Shown one piece after another: positions 19,241 to 27,630 of a DNA stretch of 64,000 nucleotides (the stretch's first letter is position 1; every line of letters starts with the position of its first letter). The translations under genes were made by a program, and so were the position numbers. The notes below the pieces were generated by a model. That model had not been told where the DNA came from. It saw only the letters and a list, made by a program, of their open reading frames with translations, and made no database searches. Source of the DNA: an uncultured Variovorax sp. (GTDB lineage: Bacteria; Pseudomonadota; Gammaproteobacteria; Burkholderiales; Burkholderiaceae_C). Location of the stretch: positions 4,408 to 68,407 of the forward strand of contig CBHTTS010000001.1 of the NCBI GenBank assembly GCA_966095775.1. Direction: 5' to 3'.

Positions 19241-19693
19241 TCAGGCCGGCACCGGCGCGAGGCGCTCGGCCAGCGCGCGGATCGCGAGCTCGTAGCCCAG
19301 CGGCCCGAAGCCGCAGATCACGCCGGTGGCCGCGAGCGACACCAGCGAATTCTGATAGATCGCGTCGCGCCGGTGGATGTTGGTCACGTGCACCTCGGCG
19401 ATCGGCTGCGCCAGCGTCTTGAGCGCATCGAGCAGCGGGATCGAGCGGAACGACAGCCCGGCCGGGTTGATGACCACGGCCGCCGCGCGCTCGCGCGCCT
19501 CCTGCACCCAGTCGACCAGCACGCCCTCGTGGTTGCTCTGGCGGAACTCGCAGCCGAGGCCGAGTTCCGAGGCCACGCGCCGGCAGCGCGACTCCACCTG
19601 GGCGAGCGTGGTGCTGCCGTACAGGTGCGGCTCGCGCACGCCGAGCAGGTTGAGGTTCGGGCCGTTGAGGATGTAGACGATCGGCAGGGTCAT
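19241..19693 (-). CDS. aroQ: Type II 3-dehydroquinate dehydratase family protein (divergent paralogue)
   Basis: LNGPNLNLLG.REP..YG, QSNHEG, INPA, EVH; substrate-binding segments atypical. Confidence 0.8.
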   Translation of the reverse strand: MTLPIVYILNGPNLNLLGVREPHLYGSTTLAQVESRCRRVASELGLGCEFRQSNHEGVLVDWVQEARERAAAVVINPAGLSFRSIPLLDALKTLAQPIAEVHVTNIHRRDAIYQNSLVSLAATGVICGFGPLGYELAIRALAERLAPVPA

Positions 19694-19725
19694 GCGGGCG
19701 ATTCTTCGGCGCGGCGGCACGATGC

Positions 19726-19740
19726 TTTCCAGATTGGAAA
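19726..19740. promoter_or_regulatory. Putative IclR operator
   Basis: Perfect palindrome TTTCCA-GAT-TGGAAA in the 67-bp divergent intergenic region. Confidence 0.6.
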
Positions 19741-19760
19741 CCTCTTTCATAATGCAGGAC

Positions 19761-20555
19761 ATGAGCATGTCCCTCGACCGTGGCCTCTCCGTGCTGGAGC
19801 ATCTCGCGCGGCATCCGCAGGGGCTGCCGCTGACCCTGCTCGCGGCCGAGCTCGACATCCCGCTCGGCGCCTGCCACCGCCTGCTCGCCGACCTGCAGCG
19901 CCGCGGCTACGTGCGCCAGCCGCGCAGCCAGGGCGACTACCTGCTGACGACCAAGGTGGTGTCGCTCGGCCTCGGCTTCCTCAGCGGCGCGGGCATCGTC
20001 AACGTGGCCGAGCCGCTGCTCGAACGGCTCGCGCAGGCCTCGGGCGAACTGGTGCGGCTTTCGATCGTCGACGAGGACCGGCTGACCTGGGTCGCCAAGT
20101 CGCAGGGCGCGCGGCAGGCGGGGCTGCGCTACGACCCCGACATGGGCATGGACGCGCGGCTGTCGTGCACCTCCTCCGGCCATGCGTGGCTGATGACGCT
20201 GAGCGACGAGCGCGCGCTCGAACTGGTCTCGCGCCAGGGCTTCGGCACGCCGGCCGAATACGGCCCGAAGGCGCCGACCACGGTCCGCGCGCTGCTCGGC
20301 TACCTGCATGCGGCGCGGGTGCGCGGCTACGCGATGATCGACGAGGTCTTCGCGCCCGGCATGGCGGCCATGGCGGCGCCGGTGTTCCGCCGCAAGGAGG
20401 TGATCGGCGTGATCAGCATCGCGGGCCCGCGCAGCCGGCTCACCAGCGCGCGCATGCACGGGCTCGCGCCCGCCCTGCTCGCCGCGACCGCCGAGCTCGG
20501 CCCGATCAGCAATGCCTCGAGCCTGTTCGGCCGGCCCGCGCTGGGCAAGGGCTGA
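19761..20555 (+). CDS. IclR family transcriptional regulator
   Basis: SLDRGLSVLE, HTH, SGELVRL, LSCTSSG, RGYA. Confidence 0.92.
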   Translation: MSMSLDRGLSVLEHLARHPQGLPLTLLAAELDIPLGACHRLLADLQRRGYVRQPRSQGDYLLTTKVVSLGLGFLSGAGIVNVAEPLLERLAQASGELVRLSIVDEDRLTWVAKSQGARQAGLRYDPDMGMDARLSCTSSGHAWLMTLSDERALELVSRQGFGTPAEYGPKAPTTVRALLGYLHAARVRGYAMIDEVFAPGMAAMAAPVFRRKEVIGVISIAGPRSRLTSARMHGLAPALLAATAELGPISNASSLFGRPALGKG

Positions 20556-20586
20556 ACGCGGCGCGCCCATCGCATCGCACCGCATC

Positions 20587-20606
20587 TCTTGCAGGATCAG
20601 GCAAGA
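20587..20606. promoter_or_regulatory. Palindromic putative transcription-factor site upstream of the SDR
   Basis: TCTTGC-AGGATCAG-GCAAGA. Confidence 0.4.
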
Positions 20607-20714
20607 ACGCCGTTCGATCCGGATAACGCTCGAGGCCCCGGCGGCGCGAGACTTCTCCCCATGCCGGCGCAGTCCCTGCGCCGTGGTTCAGACAGACCGC
20701 ACGAGGAGTTTCAC

Positions 20715-21476
20715 ATGAGCGCAATCCAGGAAAAAGTCGTCCTCATCACGGGCGCGAGCGGCGCCATCGGCGCCGCGACCGCGCGCCTGCTGGCACGCCG
20801 CGGTGCGAAGGTGGTGCTCGGCGCGCGCCGCACCGACCGGCTCGAGGCACTGGCCGAACAGATCGCCGCCGAAGGCGGCAGCGCGAGCTGGCAGCGGCTC
20901 GACGTGACGTGGCGCCCCGACGTGGAGGCCTTCGCCGAGTTCGCGCTCGAGGCGCACGACCGCATCGACGTGCTGGTGAATGCCGCGGGCGTGATGCCGC
21001 TCGCGCCGCTGTGGACGCGCAAGGTCGACGAGTGGGAGCTGATGATCGACGTGAACTTGCGCGGCGTGCTGCTCGGCGTGGCCGCGGTGCTGCCCACGAT
21101 GCAGGAGCAGGGCTGGGGCCACATCGTCAACGTGGCGCCGATGCCGGCCGAGGGCGTGTCGCCGAACGCGGCTGTCTATTGCGGCACGCAGTACGCGATC
21201 GACGCGGTCTCCGAGGGGCTGCGTCAGGAGCATGCGGGCCGCGTGCGCGTGACCGTGGTGCGTCCCGACGTGAGCGCGCAGGACAGCACGCTCGAGGACC
21301 GGATCGCCGCATGCACCGCGTTCGAGCGCATGGTGACGCACCGCCGCCTCGCGGTGCCGGCCGAGGCGGTGGCGCGCTCGATCGCGGGCGCCATCGAGGG
21401 CGGCAGCATCGCCGCGCCGCCGCCGCGCCGGCCCGCCTGGCGCCCGCGGCCGGCCGCCCCCGCGCTCGCGTTCTGA
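20715..21476 (+). CDS. Short-chain dehydrogenase/reductase-fold protein with degenerate catalytic motifs
   Basis: GAGGAG RBS; VLITGASGAIG, ARRTDRL, IDVLVNAAG, IDVNLRGV; YxxxK reads YCGTQ. Confidence 0.85.
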   Translation: MSAIQEKVVLITGASGAIGAATARLLARRGAKVVLGARRTDRLEALAEQIAAEGGSASWQRLDVTWRPDVEAFAEFALEAHDRIDVLVNAAGVMPLAPLWTRKVDEWELMIDVNLRGVLLGVAAVLPTMQEQGWGHIVNVAPMPAEGVSPNAAVYCGTQYAIDAVSEGLRQEHAGRVRVTVVRPDVSAQDSTLEDRIAACTAFERMVTHRRLAVPAEAVARSIAGAIEGGSIAAPPPRRPAWRPRPAAPALAF

Positions 21477-21490
21477 AGCGCGCGGCCGCG

Positions 21491-21934
21491 TCAGTAGGTC
21501 TTGTAGGGCAGGAACTTGCCCGAGAGCACCACGTTGACGCGGTCGCCTTTGGGGTCGGCCTCGCGCTGGATGTCCATGCTGAAGTCGATCGCGCTCATGA
21601 TGCCGTCGCCGAACTCCTCGTGAATCAGCTCCTTGATCGTGGTGCCGTACACGTTCACCACCTCGTACCAGCGGTAGATCAGCGGATCGGTCGGCACGGT
21701 CGTGGGCAGCGAGCCCTTGTAGGGCACCACCTGCAGCCACTTCTGCTCCTCGGCCGTGAGGCCGAAGATCTCGCCCACGACCTTCGCCTGCTTCTCGTCG
21801 AGCGTCATCTGGCCCAGGCAGGCGGCCGTGGTCCATTCCTTCGACAGGCCCACCTCGCGGGCCACGTCGGCCCACTGGATGCCCTTGGACACCTTCGCGG
21901 TGATGATCTTCTCGGTGACGTCGTTGCGGTTCAT
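21491..21934 (-). CDS. cynS: Cyanate hydratase (cyanase)
   Basis: PTDPLIYRWYE, IHEEFGDGIMSAIDF, GKFLPY signatures. Confidence 0.97.
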   Translation of the reverse strand: MNRNDVTEKIITAKVSKGIQWADVAREVGLSKEWTTAACLGQMTLDEKQAKVVGEIFGLTAEEQKWLQVVPYKGSLPTTVPTDPLIYRWYEVVNVYGTTIKELIHEEFGDGIMSAIDFSMDIQREADPKGDRVNVVLSGKFLPYKTY

Positions 21935-21983
21935 GCGGTCTGCTCCTGGTTGATGTGGGGAAGGAAGAATGGGCGCGGCGGGC

Positions 21984-22841
21984 TCAGGCGGCCCGCGCAC
22001 GCGTGACGAGAAAGTCGACGATGTGGTTGCGCAGCGCGTAGTAGCCGTCGAGGTGGTGCAGCGCGGCGCGCGTGCGGTCGCGCGGCAGCGGGTTGACCAC
22101 GGTCTCGGCGATGCGCCCGGGGCGCCAGCCGCCGTCCGGCAGCGCCGTGCCGTTGCCCATCAGCAGGATGCGGTCGGCCAGCAGGATGGCCTCGTCCACG
22201 TCGTGCGTGATCATGAAGACGGTCTGCCGCGTGTCGCGCACGATCGCCATCAGCTCGTCCTGGATGCTGCCGCGCGTGAGCGCGTCCAGCGCGCCGAAGG
22301 GCTCGTCGAGCAGCAGCATCTTGGGCTCGATCGCGAAGGCGCGCGCGATGCCCACGCGCTGCTTCATGCCGCCCGAGAGCTCGGCCGGCTTGCGGTCGAT
22401 CGCGGCCTGCAGCCCGACCATGGCGACGAAGCGCTCGACCTGCGCATCGACCTGCGCGGCCGTCCAGCCGGGCCAGCGCGAACGCACCGCGAAGGCGATG
22501 TTGCGCCGCACGCTGAGCCAGGGCATCAGCGCATGGCCCTGGAACACCACACCGCGCTCCAGGCCCGGGCCGGTGACCTCGCGGCCGTCCATGAACACAT
22601 GGCCCGCGCTCGCGCGGTCGAGGCCCGCGAGCACGTTGAGAATCGTAGTCTTGCCGCAGCCCGAGTGGCCGATGACGCAGACGAACTCGCCGCGGTCGAT
22701 GGTGAACGAGACGTCGGCGAACACCGGCCGCGCCGGCGCGAAGGCGCGCGCGAGCCGCTCCACCCGCAGGAAGCCCGCGGCGTCGCCCGCGGCGGCGGCG
22801 GAGCCCGCGGGCGCGCCGCGCGCGAGGCGGTCACTCCACAT
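21984..22841 (-). CDS. Cyanate/nitrate-type ABC transporter ATP-binding protein (CynD-like)
   Basis: GHSGCGKT, LSGGMKQR, LLDEPFGALDA, ITHD. Confidence 0.9.
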   Translation of the reverse strand: MWSDRLARGAPAGSAAAAGDAAGFLRVERLARAFAPARPVFADVSFTIDRGEFVCVIGHSGCGKTTILNVLAGLDRASAGHVFMDGREVTGPGLERGVVFQGHALMPWLSVRRNIAFAVRSRWPGWTAAQVDAQVERFVAMVGLQAAIDRKPAELSGGMKQRVGIARAFAIEPKMLLLDEPFGALDALTRGSIQDELMAIVRDTRQTVFMITHDVDEAILLADRILLMGNGTALPDGGWRPGRIAETVVNPLPRDRTRAALHHLDGYYALRNHIVDFLVTRARAA

Positions 22842-23724
22842 AGGTCACCCTCCGCTGCAGCCCCGCGAAGGCCTGGTCGAGCAGCATGCCGGCCACGCCG
22901 ATCACCAGGATCGCGAAGATCACGTTGGCGAGCGAGAGGTTGTTCCACTCGTTCCAGACGAAGTAGCCGATGCCGGTGCCGCCCACCAGCATCTCGGCCG
23001 CGACGATCACGAGCCAGGCGATGCCCATGCTGATGCGCATGCCCGTGAGGATGGTCGGCGCGGCCGCGGGCAGGATCACGCGGAACGCGCGCCGCAGCGG
23101 CCGGACCTCGAGCGTGCTCGCCACCTGGAGCCACTCGCGCCGCACCGAGGCCACGCCGAAGGCCGTGTTGAGCAGCATCGGCCAGACCGAGCAGATGAAG
23201 ATCACGAAGATGCCGCTGACCGACGAGTCCTTGATGGTGTAGAGCGCGAGCGGCATCCAGGCGAGCGGCGAGATCGGCTTGAGCACCTGGATGAAGGGAT
23301 CGAAGGCCCGGTGCAGCAGCGGCGACATGCCGATCGCGAAACCCAGCGGCAGCGCCGCCGCGCAGGCCAGCAGGAAGCCCAGCGCGACGCGGGCCAGCGA
23401 ATGGGCCAGCTGGATCGCGATGCCCTTGTCGTTGGGCCCGCGGTCGTAGAAGGGATCGGACAGGTGCTTCCATGCGGTCGCGCCCATCTCGGCCGGGGTC
23501 GGGAAGCCCGAGCGCCGGGCCTGGCCCTGCGCCGGGTCCTTGCCGAGCATCTTCTGGTATTCGATCTGCTCGGCCGTCATCGGCGCCGCCGCGGCGGCGT
23601 CCGCGGCGGGCCGCGTCGCGATCTGCCAGCCGCCGAGCAGCAGCAGGAACATCAGCGCGGAGACGAGCGCGGCCCGCAGCCCGAGGGAGCGCGCGCCGGC
23701 ATGGTGGCTGCTTCGCATGGCCAA
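22831..23724 (-). CDS. Cyanate/nitrate-type ABC transporter permease (CynB/NrtB-like)
   Basis: PFYDRGPNDKG, LKPISPLAW, IVAAEML, WNEWNNL. Confidence 0.9.
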   Translation of the reverse strand: MAMRSSHHAGARSLGLRAALVSALMFLLLLGGWQIATRPAADAAAAAPMTAEQIEYQKMLGKDPAQGQARRSGFPTPAEMGATAWKHLSDPFYDRGPNDKGIAIQLAHSLARVALGFLLACAAALPLGFAIGMSPLLHRAFDPFIQVLKPISPLAWMPLALYTIKDSSVSGIFVIFICSVWPMLLNTAFGVASVRREWLQVASTLEVRPLRRAFRVILPAAAPTILTGMRISMGIAWLVIVAAEMLVGGTGIGYFVWNEWNNLSLANVIFAILVIGVAGMLLDQAFAGLQRRVTYVE

Positions 23725-23731
23725 GGTCCGC

Positions 23732-25087
23732 TCAGGCCGCCCGGGCCACCGCGAAGCTGCGGAGGTATTCCTCGGGCCGGGCGGGATCGAACACCTTGCC
23801 CATGATGCTGAACTTCGGATAGCCGCCGTCGGGCGCGGTCTGGCCGAGCTCCTTCATGCGCTTCTTCGCGTCGGTCAGCAGGAACACCTTCTCGGCGATC
23901 TGGCGGTAGTCGACCTCGCCCTTGACGTAGCCCCAGCGCTTCATCTGCGTGAGCATCCAGACCGCCATCGACTGCCAGGGAATGGGGTCGAAGTCGGCGC
24001 GGTCGGGCACGGTGCGGATGTTGCCGAGGCCGTCGGCGAACCGGCCGGTCAGCACCTGGGTCAGCACGGTCTCGGGCTGGTTCAGGTACTGCGCGGGCGC
24101 GATCACCTTCGCGATCAGCTCGCGGTTCTTCGGCTCGCGCGCCATGGCCGAGGCGGTGAGCACCGCGCGCACCAGCGCCGCGAAGCTGTTGGGATGCTTC
24201 TCGATGAATTCGCTCGAGCTGCCGAAGGCGCAGCACGGATGGCCGTTCCAGAGGTCGCGCGTCAGCAGGTGCAGGAAGCCGATCTCCTCGAACACCGCGC
24301 GCTGGTTGAACGGATCGGGCCCGAGGTAGCCGTCGATGTTGCCGGCGCGCAGGTTGGCCACCATCTCCGGCGGCGGCACCACGCGGATCTGGATGTCGGT
24401 GTCGGGGTTCAGGCCCGCCTCGGCCACGTAGTAGCGCAGCAGGAAGTTGTGCATGCTGTACTCGAAGGGCACCGCGAAGCGCATGCCCTTCCAGCTCTTC
24501 GGGTCGCGCCGGTCCTTGTGCCGGTTGGCGAGCGTGATCGCCTGGCCGTTGGTGTTCTGGATCGTGGCCACGTTCATCGCCACCTGGCTCGAGCCCGCGC
24601 CCATCGAGATCGCGAGCGGCATGGGCGAGAGGAAGTGGGTGGCGTCGTACTCCTTGTTGAGCATCTTGTCGCGGATCAGCGCCCAGCCCGCGGTCTTGAC
24701 CACCTCCACGTCAAGCCCCTGCTTCTGATAGAAGCCCAGCGGGTGCGCCATGATCAGCGGCGTGGCGCAGGTGATCGGGATGAAGCCGATGCGCAGCTTC
24801 GTTTTCTCGAGCGGCGCCTTCTCCTGGGCCATGGCCTGCAGCGCGCCCAGCGGCAGCACCGAGGCGATCGCGGCGCGCGCGGTGCCGGCGCCGACGGCGC
24901 GCAGGAACTCGCGGCGCACCCGGTCGACCGGAAACAGCGCCTTCAGCAGGCTGGCCTCGAGCTTGTCGGCGGGCTGCACGGCGATGCCGGCTTCGGGGCC
25001 GTGGTCGCGCCCGCAGGCGCAGCGCAGGCGCAGGGGCCGGTCGGCATCGTAGAGATCGCAGGCGGTCGGTTCGGTCGGGCTCGGCAT
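23732..25087 (-). CDS. CmpA/NrtA family substrate-binding protein (CynA-like)
   Basis: RREFL Tat motif; GFIPITCATP, NTNGQAITL, PFEYSMHNFLLRY, GPDPFNQR, HPCC; co-oriented with cynS. Confidence 0.9.
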   Translation of the reverse strand: MPSPTEPTACDLYDADRPLRLRCACGRDHGPEAGIAVQPADKLEASLLKALFPVDRVRREFLRAVGAGTARAAIASVLPLGALQAMAQEKAPLEKTKLRIGFIPITCATPLIMAHPLGFYQKQGLDVEVVKTAGWALIRDKMLNKEYDATHFLSPMPLAISMGAGSSQVAMNVATIQNTNGQAITLANRHKDRRDPKSWKGMRFAVPFEYSMHNFLLRYYVAEAGLNPDTDIQIRVVPPPEMVANLRAGNIDGYLGPDPFNQRAVFEEIGFLHLLTRDLWNGHPCCAFGSSSEFIEKHPNSFAALVRAVLTASAMAREPKNRELIAKVIAPAQYLNQPETVLTQVLTGRFADGLGNIRTVPDRADFDPIPWQSMAVWMLTQMKRWGYVKGEVDYRQIAEKVFLLTDAKKRMKELGQTAPDGGYPKFSIMGKVFDPARPEEYLRSFAVARAA

Positions 25088-25122
25088 GGTGGTGCACCTC
25101 GGTCTGAAGATGCCGCTGCCGA

Positions 25123-25138
25123 TGCAAGCGCCGGGCCG
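25123..25138 (-). promoter_or_regulatory. Putative sigma54 (-24/-12) promoter of the cyn operon
   Basis: Minus strand CGGCCCGGCGCTTGCA = GG-N10-GC ending in TTGCA. Confidence 0.55.
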
Positions 25139-25193
25139 GATGCGGGCGCGGCGGGCCGGCCGCGCGAAGATCGTGCCCGCGGCGTCGAGGCCT

Positions 25194-25211
25194 TGTAGGG
25201 CTGGCACTACA
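25194..25211. promoter_or_regulatory. GacA/UvrY-like response-regulator box
   Basis: TGTAGG-GCTGGC-ACTACA, 18-bp palindrome resembling TGTAAG-N6-CTTACA. Confidence 0.55.
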
Positions 25212-25224
25212 GCCGGAGGCTTTT

Positions 25225-25902
25225 TCAGGCCGGCGGGGCGCCCTTGCCGTGGCGTTCGGCATACAGCGCGAGCTCCACGTCGTTGCGCGTGCCGGTCTTC
25301 TCGAGGATGCGCGCCCGGTAGGTGCTCACCGTGTTGGGCGCCAGGCCCAGCCGCGCACCGATTTCGCTCACGCTGTGCCCCGCGCTGAGCAGGCGGTAGA
25401 CCTGGTGCTCGCGGTGCGAGAGCTGCTCCGCGCCCTGGCCCGCGTTGCGGCCCACCGCCGCGGCCAGCGCCTCGGCCGTGGCCGGCGAGACGTAGAGGCC
25501 GCCGGCCGCCACCTTGCGCACCGCGCCCACCATGTCGTCGGCGTCGGCGCTCTTGTTGAGGTAGCCCGAGGCACCGAGCCGGATGCAGCGCACCGCGTAC
25601 TGCTTCTCGGGATAGGTGCTCAGCATCAGCACCGGCAGCGCCGGCCACTGCGCGCGCAACGCCTGCAGCACGTCGAGCCCGTCGCGCCCCGGCAGCGCGA
25701 TGTCGAGCAGCACCACGTCGAGCCCCGCGGGGCCGCCGAGCGCGCGCACCGCTTCGAGCGCCTCGGGGCCGGTCTGGGCCTCGGCGCGCACCGTCATCGC
25801 GGGCGGGCCGTTCGCGAGGTCGCCGAGCATCTGCTTCAGGCCCTCGCGCACGATGCGATGGTCGTCGGCGATCAGCACGCGGATGTCGTCGGGCCGTGTC
25901 AT
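25225..25902 (-). CDS. NarL/UvrY family response regulator (REC + LuxR HTH)
   Basis: IRVLIADDH, LLDIALPG, GASGYLNK, LSHRE, TVSTYRARILEK. Confidence 0.95.
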   Translation of the reverse strand: MTRPDDIRVLIADDHRIVREGLKQMLGDLANGPPAMTVRAEAQTGPEALEAVRALGGPAGLDVVLLDIALPGRDGLDVLQALRAQWPALPVLMLSTYPEKQYAVRCIRLGASGYLNKSADADDMVGAVRKVAAGGLYVSPATAEALAAAVGRNAGQGAEQLSHREHQVYRLLSAGHSVSEIGARLGLAPNTVSTYRARILEKTGTRNDVELALYAERHGKGAPPA

Positions 25903-27089
25903 CTGGGGTGGACCGGCAGCGGAAGTTCCAGGCAGAAGACGCTGCCCTCGCCGACGCGGCTGCGGATCTCGATGTGGCCGCCGAAGTGGCGCGCGCGCTC
26001 GCGCATGCCGAGCACGCCGTAGGCGGTGGCCGCCTCGAAGGCCTGCGCCGGCGCGCCGACGCCGTCGTCGCGCACCGTGATCTGCAGTCGCCGCTCGCGC
26101 ACGCCGATGCCGATGTCGATGCTGCGCGCCTTCGCGTGCCGCCCGACGTTGCTGAGCATCTCCTGGAAGATGCGGAACACCGCGATCGCGGCCGGCTCGG
26201 GCAGCTCCACGCCCGCGGGCACCTCGAAGCGCCAGCGCAGCGCCAGCTCCGCCGACTGCACGAACTCGTTGGCCTGCCATTCGAGCGCCGCCCACAGGCC
26301 CTGGTGGTCGAGGATGCTCGGGCGCAGGTCGGTGATGATGCGCCCGACGTTCTCGACCGCGCGCTCGATCAGCCGGCCCATGTTGCCGCACTTGGCGCGC
26401 ATCTGCTCGCGCATCGCCTGCGCGGCGTCGGGCGCGCGCTCCTGCTGCTCGCCGAGGCGGCGGCCGATCCAGTTGACGTCCATCTTGAGCGCCACCAGCA
26501 GGCTGCCGAGCTCGTCGTGCACCTCGCGCGCGATCCGGGTGCGCTCCTCCTCGCGCACCTTGTCGAGCCACGCCGACAGCTCGCGCAGCTGCGCCAGCGC
26601 GTCGCTGAGCGCGCGCGTGCGCTCCTCGACGCGCAGGCCCAGCTCGTCCTTCGCCTGCTGCAGCGCCTCGGCCTGGCGGCGGCGCTCGGTGATGTCGACG
26701 AAGGTGATCACCGCGCCCCGCACCTCGGCGCCGTCCATGATCGGATGGCTCGAGTACTCGACCGCGAAGCTGCTGCCGTCGCGGCGCCAGAACACCTCGG
26801 TGTCGATGCGGCAGGGCAGCCCGCGGCGGAAGGCGTTGAAGATCGGGCAGTCGGTGTCGGGGTAGTGCGAACCGTCGGGATGCGAATGGTGCGTGAGCGC
26901 GTGCATGTTCGAGCCCAGCACCTCGCCGGCCTCGTGGCCCAGCATGCGCGCCCCCGCGCGGTTGATGAACATGCAGCGGCCGTCGAGGTCGACGCCGAAG
27001 ATGCCCTCGCCCGTGGACTCGAGCAGCAGCCCGAGCTGGTGCTGCCAGAGCGGGTGGCTCGCGGTGGGATTCAGGACCGGCGTCTCCAT
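25899..27089 (-). CDS. Soluble PAS-domain sensor histidine kinase (HisKA_3 type)
   Basis: PAS domain; EEERTRIAREVHDELG H-box; FQEMLSNV..H; DDGVG; G.LGMRER; no TM segments. Confidence 0.93.
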   Translation of the reverse strand: METPVLNPTASHPLWQHQLGLLLESTGEGIFGVDLDGRCMFINRAGARMLGHEAGEVLGSNMHALTHHSHPDGSHYPDTDCPIFNAFRRGLPCRIDTEVFWRRDGSSFAVEYSSHPIMDGAEVRGAVITFVDITERRRQAEALQQAKDELGLRVEERTRALSDALAQLRELSAWLDKVREEERTRIAREVHDELGSLLVALKMDVNWIGRRLGEQQERAPDAAQAMREQMRAKCGNMGRLIERAVENVGRIITDLRPSILDHQGLWAALEWQANEFVQSAELALRWRFEVPAGVELPEPAAIAVFRIFQEMLSNVGRHAKARSIDIGIGVRERRLQITVRDDGVGAPAQAFEAATAYGVLGMRERARHFGGHIEIRSRVGEGSVFCLELPLPVHPR

Positions 27090-27101
27090 GCGCCGGGGGC
27101 A

Positions 27102-27117
27102 AGCAACAGGCGTGCCG
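27102..27117 (-). promoter_or_regulatory. Putative sigma54 promoter of the two-component genes
   Basis: Minus strand CGGCACGCCTGTTGCT, near-perfect TGGCACG-N4-TTGCW; predicted +1 falls a few nt from ATG 27089. Confidence 0.65.
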
Positions 27118-27120
27118 GGG

Positions 27121-27546
27121 CTAGTCGCGCGCCCAGCGGAACTTGCGCTCGGACTCGGCGATCGGCTGGTCGTTGATGCTCGCGAAGCGCTTCTGCATCA
27201 GGCCGTTTTCGGCGAACTCCCAGTTCTCGTTGCCGTGGCTGCGGAACCACTGGCCCGCCTCGTCGTGCCACTCGTACTCGAAGCGCACCGCGATGCGGTT
27301 GTCCATGAAGGCCCAGAGCTGCTTCCTCAGGCGGTAGTCGTTCTCGCGCTGCCACTTGCGCGTGAGGAAGGCCACCACCTGCTCGCGGCCGTGCAGGAAA
27401 TCGGCGCGGTTGCGCCATTCGGTGTCTGGCGTGTAGGCCAGGCTCACGCGCTCGGGGTCGCGCGTGTTCCAGGCGTCTTCGGCGGCCTGGACCTTCTTCA
27501 GCGCGGTCTCGAGCGTGAAGGGCGGCAGCGGCGGGCGGGATTCCAT
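27121..27546 (-). CDS. DUF1348 / NTF2-like family protein
   Basis: [46 protein letters not shown]. Confidence 0.92.
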   Translation of the reverse strand: MESRPPLPPFTLETALKKVQAAEDAWNTRDPERVSLAYTPDTEWRNRADFLHGREQVVAFLTRKWQRENDYRLRKQLWAFMDNRIAVRFEYEWHDEAGQWFRSHGNENWEFAENGLMQKRFASINDQPIAESERKFRWARD

Positions 27547-27593
27547 GGGGAGCCTTTCGTTCGGAGCAGTGGATGGAACGTGCAATGTGCCAG

Positions 27594-27615
27594 ATGTAGA
27601 CAGACCTGTCTACAT
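27594..27615. promoter_or_regulatory. TetR operator
   Basis: Perfect inverted repeat ATGTAGACAG-AC-CTGTCTACAT between divergent DUF1348 and TetR genes (NemR-box-like TAGAC...GTCTA). Confidence 0.8.
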
Positions 27616-27630
27616 GCCTACAATCACGCC

